A stretch of DNA of 24,000 nt from an uncultured Veillonella sp. Its GTDB lineage: Bacteria > Bacillota > Negativicutes > Veillonellales > Veillonellaceae. Position numbers and translations under genes: made by a program. Below are positions 16,851 to 23,189 of this stretch, piece after piece; within the stretch, counting starts at the first letter, position 1, and each line of letters opens with the position of its first letter. The stretch lies in NCBI GenBank assembly GCA_963515865.1, contig CAUPZH010000006.1, positions 18,609-42,608 on the forward strand. The letters run 5' to 3'. A model generated the notes under the pieces. That model searched no databases, had not been told where the DNA came from, and worked only from the letters and a program-made list of their open reading frames with translations.

Positions 16851-16934
16851 ATGACACCATTTGAAATCGCATCTGTATTGATACAGTTTGGAATGTTAGT
16901 TGTAGCAATTTTGTCTTACCGTAAAAGTAAGTAA
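16851..16934 (+). CDS. 27-aa hydrophobic peptide, type I toxin-like (resembles holin-like toxin 'Hol-Tox' small proteins)
   Basis: MTPFEIASVLIQFGMLVVAILSYRKSK has a short polar N-terminus, one TM helix and a basic tail. A strong SD GGGAGGAGG (16835-16843) lies 7 nt before the ATG. The anti-SD CTCTTCC (16822-16828) can pair with that SD. This ORF is below the size cut-off of the supplied ORF track. Confidence 0.55.
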   Translation: MTPFEIASVLIQFGMLVVAILSYRKSK

Positions 16935-16990
16935 AATGCCTAACGATATAAGGTTTCGCGTACCTTAACACGTTAGGCATTTCGATTTTT
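16934..16990. terminator. long hairpin directly after the small ORF, possibly a shared bidirectional terminator
   Basis: AAATGCCTAACG (16934-16945) and CGTTAGGCATTT (16971-16982) form a perfect 12-bp stem, with an inner AAGGT/ACCTT helix. On the plus strand it is followed by cgaTTTTT. On the minus strand it is followed by a T-rich tract (tttacttactttt). Confidence 0.6.
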
Positions 16991-17000
16991 GATACGTTTC

Positions 17001-17062
17001 GAGATGAGCCTAACGCCTAGTACACGTTGTGGGCTCTCTTTTTTACAGTCATAGTATACCAT
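17001..17062. repeat. right arm of the imperfect inverted repeat; includes a minus-strand extended -10-like box TGGTATACT (17061-17053)
   Basis: The minus strand reads tggtatactatgactgtaaaaaagagagcccacaacgtgtactaggcgttaggctcatctc. Compare the left arm tgatatactataaataagagagcttccaacgtgagttgggctcatctc. Confidence 0.75.
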
Positions 17063-17097
17063 AATTGCATACTAACTGCCAATAGATTTATACAAAA

Positions 17098-17137
17098 ATA
17101 GAGGAACGTTGATAGTATTTGACCAACGTTCCTCTAT
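17098..17137. terminator. bidirectional intrinsic terminator; copy 2 of the repeated palindrome (stem ATAGAGGAACGTTG)
   Basis: The arms are identical to those at 1462-1501 (atagaggaacgttg / caacgttcctctat), but the 12-nt loop differs. It has aaaaa upstream and ttttatttt downstream, and lies 66 nt from the ddh stop. Confidence 0.8.
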
Positions 17138-17202
17138 TTTATTTTGGCTATGTTATTACAGTTCCGGGTATCTTATGAAATAAGATGCTATTAACGTATA
17201 TT

Positions 17203-18177
17203 TTATAGATAATGTGCACGTAATTCTTCAGCAGATTTTGGAGACAACCAAGCTGGTGCGATATCGAATACTGTGAAAGCACCACGGCCACCATGTGCTG
17301 CTAAGCGGTGTACGCCACGAGCGAAGGCTACTAATACAGCTCCAGTAAATTCAGGGTTAGAATCTAGTTGTAACCCGAATTCGTAGATGTGTTTTGTACC
17401 TGTTGTAGTTTCGCCGCTGCGGATCACAAGACCACCATGTGGGATACCTTTATGGTTCGCATCTAATTCTTCTTGGGAAATGAAAGTTACAGTTGTTTCA
17501 TAGCCAACGAAGTAGTTAGGCATTGTTTTAATTTCATTTTCAATGCGAGCTGCGTCAGCGCCTTCTTCCAATACTACATAGCATTCACGAAGGTGAGAAG
17601 AAGTAGCTGTCACTTCTGGTGTTTCACCATTGCGGATGGCAGAGATAATTTCTTGTTTAGGCACTGTGTATTGACGAGCATCTGCTACGCCTTCGATACG
17701 ACGGATCGCGTCGGAATGACCTTGGGATACGCCACGGCCCCAGAATGTGTAGGAGTCGCCTTGTGGTAAGATACTTTCAGCGTACACACGTTGCAAGGAG
17801 AACATGCCAGGGTCCCAACCGCAAGAGATTAATGCTGCTGTGCCAGCTTCTTGTGCCACTTTGCGCACGTTTTCGAAATGTTCAGGGATGCGAGCATGTG
17901 TGTCAAAGCTGTCGATGACATTGAAATGCGCTGCTAAAGCAGGAGTTTGGTCGATTAGGTCTGTCGCACTACCGCCGCATAATACCATTACATCGATTTT
18001 GCCCTTGAAAGATTCTACTTCTTCCATTGTGTAGCTAGGAACACCACTAACAGTTTGTAAACCAGAACGGCGAGAGAATACACCTACTAATTCCATATCT
18101 GGTTGTAATGCTACAGCCGCTTCTACACCGCGGCCAAGGTTACCGTATCCAACGATACCAATACGAATGTTGCTCAT
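17203..18177 (-). CDS. ddh: meso-diaminopimelate D-dehydrogenase
   Basis: I moved the start to MSNIRIGIVGYGNLGRG (RBS aaaggaag). The protein is collinear with the Corynebacterium Ddh sequence as I recall it (GWDPGMFS, SQGHSDA, MPNYFVGYE, HGG..I..G). 324 aa. Confidence 0.93.
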   Translation of the reverse strand: MSNIRIGIVGYGNLGRGVEAAVALQPDMELVGVFSRRSGLQTVSGVPSYTMEEVESFKGKIDVMVLCGGSATDLIDQTPALAAHFNVIDSFDTHARIPEHFENVRKVAQEAGTAALISCGWDPGMFSLQRVYAESILPQGDSYTFWGRGVSQGHSDAIRRIEGVADARQYTVPKQEIISAIRNGETPEVTATSSHLRECYVVLEEGADAARIENEIKTMPNYFVGYETTVTFISQEELDANHKGIPHGGLVIRSGETTTGTKHIYEFGLQLDSNPEFTGAVLVAFARGVHRLAAHGGRGAFTVFDIAPAWLSPKSAEELRAHYL

Positions 18178-18229
18178 GTTACTTCCTTTCGTGAAAGTTG
18201 ATACTTTCAATACGATTACTATTATACGA

Positions 18230-18250
18230 ACTGTAATGAGAAATTACAGT
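18230..18250. promoter_or_regulatory. perfect 8-bp inverted repeat (ACTGTAAT-5-ATTACAGT) upstream of ddh
   Basis: It lies in the dapL-ddh intergenic region, just upstream of a minus-strand TATAAT (18226-18221). It could be an operator or an RNA hairpin. Confidence 0.35.
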
Positions 18251-18339
18251 ATATGATGACACAAAATAGGGCACTGTGTCCGCTATTTTCGCATGTACCA
18301 TTATAGCGAAAAATTCTCATAGAGAAAAGGGGGAAGATA

Positions 18340-19569
18340 TTAAAATTGTAATGTTTTAATGCGATCGACTGCACGAATGGTGTTTTCTCGGCTGCCGAAT
18401 GCAGTGAGACGTAAATAGCCTTCGCCTTCTGGACCAAAGCCAGAACCAGGAGTGCTTACAATGTGTACCTTTTCTAATAGGGTATCGAATAAGTCCCAGC
18501 TAGTCATGCCTTTTGGTGCTTGAATCCAAATGTATGGAGCATCAACACCACCAAATACAGTTAGACCAATGGCTTCTAAGCCTTCACGGATAATGCGAGC
18601 ATTTTCCATGTAGTAAGCGATGTGTTCTTTAATTTGTGCACGACCTTCTGGTGTGTAAACAGCAGCAGCCCCACGTTGAATGATGTAAGGAACACCATTG
18701 AATTTTGTGGTTTGACGGCGATTCCACATAGGGTTTAGAGGAACACGTTTGCCTTCTGCGTTCTTGGCAGTTACTTCATGAGGCACTACAGTGTAGGCGC
18801 AACGAGTGCCAGTGAAACCAGCTGTTTTAGAGAAAGAACGGAATTCGATAGCCACTTCACGAGCACCTTTGATTTCATAAATAGAACGAACTGTATCCGT
18901 AGAAGTGATGAAAGCTTCATAAGCAGAGTCAAACATCAAGATTGCTTCGTTATCTTTACACCATTGCACCCATTCTGCTAAGCGAGCACGGCTTAATACA
19001 GTACCAGTTGGATTATTAGGGCAGCAAAGGTAGACGATATCTACTCGTTCTTTTGGAAATGCTGGAGAAAAATTATTTTCTGCATTGGTTGGTAAATATA
19101 CCACTTTTTCATAAATGCCGTCGATAGCTTTGCCAGTGCGGCCGCCCATGACATTAGAGTCAAGGTATACTGGGTACACAGGGTCAGTAATAGCGATGAT
19201 GTTGTTTTCAGAGAAAATTTCCTGGATGTTGCCCACGTCAGATTTAGCGCCATCAGATACGAAGATTTCATCTGCTTGAATGGTGATGCCTAGGGGAGCA
19301 TAATCTCCTTCGGCGATGGCATTGCGTAAGAAGTCGTAGCCTTGCTCAGGACCATAACCTCGGAATGTATCGGCAGAACCCATTTCATCTACTGCTGCAT
19401 GCATAGCTTCAATGACAGCTGGTACAAGAGGGCGAGTCACATCGCCGATACCAAGGCGAATGATATCTGCCTCAGGGTGACTTTCTTTGAAAGCTTCTAC
19501 TTTACGAGCAATATTAGCGAATAAATAAGAACCTTGTAGATTTTCATAATTTGGATTTACAGTAGCCAT
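18340..19569 (-). CDS. dapL: LL-diaminopimelate aminotransferase
   Basis: I moved the start to MATVNPNYENLQGSYLFANIARKV (RBS aaggag). It has a class I aminotransferase fold with SFSKTAGFTGTR (PLP lysine) and the N-terminal NPNY...YLF signature of DapL. 409 aa. The 44-codon upstream extension in the ORF track has no RBS and reads as AT-rich junk. Confidence 0.9.
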   Translation of the reverse strand: MATVNPNYENLQGSYLFANIARKVEAFKESHPEADIIRLGIGDVTRPLVPAVIEAMHAAVDEMGSADTFRGYGPEQGYDFLRNAIAEGDYAPLGITIQADEIFVSDGAKSDVGNIQEIFSENNIIAITDPVYPVYLDSNVMGGRTGKAIDGIYEKVVYLPTNAENNFSPAFPKERVDIVYLCCPNNPTGTVLSRARLAEWVQWCKDNEAILMFDSAYEAFITSTDTVRSIYEIKGAREVAIEFRSFSKTAGFTGTRCAYTVVPHEVTAKNAEGKRVPLNPMWNRRQTTKFNGVPYIIQRGAAAVYTPEGRAQIKEHIAYYMENARIIREGLEAIGLTVFGGVDAPYIWIQAPKGMTSWDLFDTLLEKVHIVSTPGSGFGPEGEGYLRLTAFGSRENTIRAVDRIKTLQF

Positions 19570-19769
19570 AGGAGCTCCTTCTTTTACAAAATAATAAAGA
19601 TACATGTATATAAAGACATCGAAGCGGTATGTGTATTTCAGCATAATAGATATGTGTATATGCCGTGAGTTGCTTATGCAGACACGCAAGACGAGGAACA
19701 CTTATATATAGATGTAATAATTGATGATATAAAAGGGGATTGAATAGGTCCCTTAAATTACATTTCTAT

Positions 19770-19798
19770 ATTCTATAGTATTTATAACAATATGTCAA
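19770..19798 (-). promoter_or_regulatory. candidate dapL promoter
   Basis: Minus strand reads TTGACA (19798-19793), 17 nt, TAGAAT (19775-19770). This implies a leader of about 190 nt. Confidence 0.5.
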
Positions 19799-19919
19799 AA
19801 GTAAAATGGGGGTATAGCATGTTGTTATACTAGTAAATTTACCTATCGAGGTTTCGGTTGGTACCATATGTTTTGTGCCAATGATTGTGTCTAATTGCCT
19901 GTGTATGTAGTTATCACAT

Positions 19920-19949
19920 AAAAACGAGGCTGTTCATGGAACGCCTCGT
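19920..19949 (-). terminator. intrinsic terminator of the MATE gene
   Basis: Minus strand reads ACGAGGCgttccatgaacaGCCTCGT followed by TTTTT. Confidence 0.85.
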
Positions 19950-19980
19950 CATTTAAAAGGTTTAGTTTTAATTAATGATT

Positions 19981-21324
19981 TTAAAATGACATGTTCAGTA
20001 CATTGCGCTGGACTTTACGTAATCGATACATATAGCAGAGTGCAGCCGAAGACGTACTTGATAATAATCCAATCCAAACGGAGTAAGGCCCGAAGTCTGT
20101 GAATAGGTAGCAAAGGTATGCAACGGGTACGGTCACGCCCCAATAGGTGCCGATGGTAATAATAGAAACGCTAGTTACATCACGATAGGCTCGGAGAACT
20201 CCTTGTAAAGGTGTGCCTACAGCATCGATAATCGTGAAAAATACGGCGTAAGAAATGAAACTTTCAATAAGTGGAATCATGTGATCTTCCTTGGTATATA
20301 GGTTGGCTAAGAAGTCGATATGAGTGAAAGAATAGGTTCCAATGCAAAGTGCTATGAAAGCTGCTACACCACGAGTAATCCATGTGTAAGTAATAGCATT
20401 TTGATATCGTTTAGCCCCTAACTCATAGGCGATGACAATGGTAGAGGCCATACTTAAGCTGAGGGGGAAAGAAAATGTTAATCCAAGGAAACTAGACGCT
20501 GCTTGATGGGCAGCTATAATTTCTGTGCCGAACTTAGTCATAGCAATCCCAGCAGCACTAAAAATGCTGATTTCTGCAAAGATAGACAAGCCAATAGGAA
20601 TCCCTAGAGCTAATTGATCTCGAATGAGTATCCAACTAGGACCAGTAAAAGATGACCAAAACCGATACTGTTTGAAGTGTTTATGGAATGTAATGAGCCC
20701 AAGAAAACATAGCATCATATACCAATAGGCGATGGCCGTAGAGATACCAGCACCAAAGCCCCCAAGAGCGGGGATGGGGCCATAACCTTGTATGAATAGT
20801 ACATTGAAAATAGACTGAAATAACACACTACTGCCAATGATGTATAAAGAGTAGCGAGTATTTCCGTGAGCATCGACGATATATCGGAATCCAGACATAA
20901 TCATCATAGCTGGAAAGGCGACGCACATGGCGTTCATATATTGGATGCAAACAGATTTTGCCGCCGGTTCTAATCCCAATAGATCTAACAAAGGAGATAA
21001 ACCAAGTAGAGTGGCAAGTATAAGAACTGTTGCAAATGCAAGCCCTAAATAGATATTTTGCCACATAGTAGCAGCTACCGATTCAGTTTTTTTAGCCCCT
21101 AAGGCATGAGAAATAATGGGGGTCACACCAAGGAGAATTCCTGACAGACCAAAAAAAGCGGCGACCCATAAGTTATATCCCACACCGATAGCTGCTAAAT
21201 CTATAGTACTGTATTGCCCCGTTAATGTGACCGCTATAAAACTACCAACAATGATAGAAAATTGTGTAGCAATGACGGGGGCAGCTACAAGTAGGAAATG
21301 TTTAATCATAGAAACTAAAGACAT
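19981..21324 (-). CDS. MATE-family efflux transporter
   Basis: About 447 aa with 12 hydrophobic segments. The N-terminus IKHFLLVAAPVIATQF is typical of MATE proteins. The start is set at the ATG preceded by GGGAGG; the first ATG (21351) lacks an RBS. Confidence 0.85.
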   Translation of the reverse strand: MSLVSMIKHFLLVAAPVIATQFSIIVGSFIAVTLTGQYSTIDLAAIGVGYNLWVAAFFGLSGILLGVTPIISHALGAKKTESVAATMWQNIYLGLAFATVLILATLLGLSPLLDLLGLEPAAKSVCIQYMNAMCVAFPAMMIMSGFRYIVDAHGNTRYSLYIIGSSVLFQSIFNVLFIQGYGPIPALGGFGAGISTAIAYWYMMLCFLGLITFHKHFKQYRFWSSFTGPSWILIRDQLALGIPIGLSIFAEISIFSAAGIAMTKFGTEIIAAHQAASSFLGLTFSFPLSLSMASTIVIAYELGAKRYQNAITYTWITRGVAAFIALCIGTYSFTHIDFLANLYTKEDHMIPLIESFISYAVFFTIIDAVGTPLQGVLRAYRDVTSVSIITIGTYWGVTVPVAYLCYLFTDFGPYSVWIGLLSSTSSAALCYMYRLRKVQRNVLNMSF

Positions 21325-21579
21325 ACTACCTCCCAAAACTAACTTACCCATATAATATGATGTTTAATAACTTTTAATTTTACCACTATATATACTATAT
21401 GTCTATAGCTGCTAAGGGCTATTGTCTCTTAAAAGAACATAGTGTATAATGATGACAATTCAGTTATATCAATAGATATAGCTTGGTATGTTGCATGGAA
21501 AATATAGAGGTATATAATTTTTGCATACATCTATGTTTTTGGCGCAATTATTATGGTGGAGACACTGGAAAGGCGTTCT

Positions 21580-22386
21580 ATGTTAGGAGCAATCATTGGA
21601 GATATGGCGGGCTCTATTTATGAGTTTGATAATATCAAAAGCCGAGAATTTGAGTTCTTGTCAGAACGATGTGAGCCTACAGATGATTCGATTTTAACAT
21701 GTGCTATTGCACGAGCTTTAATTGATGTAAAAGGAAGGGGGACACATTTACAACGAGCTACTATCTATCGTATGAAAGAATATTTTCTTTCCAATCCATT
21801 ACCGATGGGTGGATTTGGTGCAAAATTTTTCCAATGGGGGTTATCTGATGCGACTGATCCCTATGGTAGTTGGGGTAATGGAGCAGCGATGCGTATTAGT
21901 CCTGTGGCTTACGTAGGGAATAGTGAAATGGAAGTCAAACTGTTGAGCCAAATTGTAACAGGTACCACCCATAATGATCCGGAAGGATTAAAAGGTGGAG
22001 AAGTGACGGCTTTAGCCGTGTTCAAAGCACTTCATGGAGCGACGAAAGAAGAAATTCAAGAAATGGTACGATCCTATTATCCTGGTGAGTACAGTGTGGA
22101 AGAGTTGCATAAGACTTATAGGTTTGAGCCAAGCTGTCAAAAAACAGTGCCAGAAGGAATGCAATGTTTCTTTGAAAGTGAAGACTATGAATCGGCTATT
22201 CGCAATGTAATGTATATCGGCGGTGACTGCGATACATTAGGTGCCATTGTCGGTGCTGTGGCAGGAGCCTATTACGGAATCCCAGAATGGATACAAGAAA
22301 AAGCCTTATCCATGATGCCAGATTACATGGTGGAAGACTATGAAGATTTCAAAGCCATGTATATAGACAAAGAAAAAACCCTCTAA
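21580..22386 (+). CDS. ADP-ribosylglycohydrolase-family protein
   Basis: MLGAIIGDMAGSIYEF at the N-terminus and GGDCDTLGAIVGAVAGAYYG at the C-terminus are ARH/DraG-family metal-site motifs. I prefer the ATG at 21580 (GAAAGG 7 nt upstream). The ATG at 21553 is an alternative. Confidence 0.85.
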   Translation: MLGAIIGDMAGSIYEFDNIKSREFEFLSERCEPTDDSILTCAIARALIDVKGRGTHLQRATIYRMKEYFLSNPLPMGGFGAKFFQWGLSDATDPYGSWGNGAAMRISPVAYVGNSEMEVKLLSQIVTGTTHNDPEGLKGGEVTALAVFKALHGATKEEIQEMVRSYYPGEYSVEELHKTYRFEPSCQKTVPEGMQCFFESEDYESAIRNVMYIGGDCDTLGAIVGAVAGAYYGIPEWIQEKALSMMPDYMVEDYEDFKAMYIDKEKTL

Positions 22387-22508
22387 AGCTAACGCTGGAC
22401 ACGCATATTGCCTTTGAGGGTATGATACAAGGGGCCGGAATCCCCTATGCAATTGTATTGTACCATGTGTAAGGCAATGACGATAGAGAGAAAATAGAAT
22501 ATGATAAA

Positions 22509-22548
22509 AATAGTGGAGACTTCTCTTGTGCGAGTAGTCTCCCTATTT
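22509..22548. terminator. hairpin (stem GGAGACT/AGTCTCC extended by ATAG/CTAT), first of two tandem terminator-like structures
   Basis: aatagtGGAGACTtctcttgtgcgagtAGTCTCCctattt. T-rich sequence flanks it on both strands. Confidence 0.5.
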
Positions 22549-22557
22549 ACTATTGAC

Positions 22558-22592
22558 GAAAAAAAGAACCTGCCCGCCGGCAGGTTCTTTTT
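22558..22592. terminator. strong bidirectional intrinsic terminator
   Basis: aaaaaaaGAACCTGCCcgccGGCAGGTTCttttt is a GC-rich 9-bp stem with A and T runs on either side. Confidence 0.9.
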
Positions 22593-22819
22593 AGGATGAT
22601 GATGTACGCCCATACAAAATCATGACAACTATATCAACACTTTGAGTGCTAATACCATAATGGTAGGTTCACTTGGCCATGATAAGGCGATCATCAATAT
22701 GTGACGTATCCCATACAACGCATATTGTAATAACAAAAAATCCTTTTTCTTGTGTTTTGGAGTATCAGAAAAAGGCCTTTGATTCTCCTCCCTATCTCTC
22801 GTAGGTCAAGTGGTGAATG

Positions 22820-22975
22820 ATGAATAGGCAGTTCTCCTGACTCAGCTTCAATGCGCCTCCAGCCTTCCCAGTTTCCCAGTGACATAATTGGATTTGCTCT
22901 GCTTTACAGTGGCGGGACCGTGCCAGACTTTAACTGGCTTCTCTATTATGCTTTCGCACCTATTCCCGAATGTTT
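22820..22975 (-). promoter_or_regulatory. cobalamin (B12) riboswitch aptamer
   Basis: The minus strand has the conserved elements in canonical order: GGGAAtaGGTGcGAAAGC ... GGCaCGGtCCCGCCACTGTAAA ... CACTGggaaacTGGGAAGGC ... the B12 box AGTCAGGAGAACTGCC (22842-22827). Confidence 0.88.
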
Positions 22976-22989
22976 GATTGTATGTGTGT

Positions 22990-23018
22990 ATTGTACTCTT
23001 TTGGTTTTTCAATGTCAA
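22990..23018 (-). promoter_or_regulatory. promoter driving the cobalamin riboswitch transcript
   Basis: Minus strand reads TTGACA (23018-23013), exactly 17 nt, TACAAT (22995-22990). The aptamer begins about 10 nt after the predicted start. Confidence 0.7.
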
Positions 23019-23189
23019 GAACAAGATGAATAAGTATGACTATTTTGTAATTAGAAAGGTATAATTGTGACTTTTATTACTAATTGTCATGATTGAGATT
23101 GAAGTGCGCCTTTTCTTGCTAAATAGATAGCATTAATTTATAATGAATGAAGATAATACAATATATTGTGTAATATAAAGGATGATGAG

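Noticed and set aside
18340-19701. Long N-terminal extensions offered by the ORF track for dapL (to 19701), the YedF-like gene (from 14132), the PrpF-like gene (from 4495), the secreted protein (to 11470), ddh (to 18210), the MATE gene (to 21351), the C26 gene (from 5923) and DUF951 (from 12995).
   Set aside because: In each case an internal ATG has a proper Shine-Dalgarno sequence at 5-9 nt and matches the family's usual N-terminus. The extensions are RBS-less and overlap the upstream gene or AT-rich promoter DNA.
22389-23033. ORFs 22389..22613 (-), 22694..22885 (-) and 22851..23033 (+) in the ARH-thrC intergenic region.
   Set aside because: The first reads straight through the GC-rich terminator hairpin. 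The second and third are translations of the cobalamin riboswitch aptamer on its two strands. None has a usable RBS.
23034-23189. T-box or other leader element upstream of thrC.
   Set aside because: Only about 120-150 nt is available. It is AT-rich, with no specifier-loop or T-box sequence and no terminator/antiterminator pair. It looks like a plain promoter region, with TATAAT at 23067-23072.
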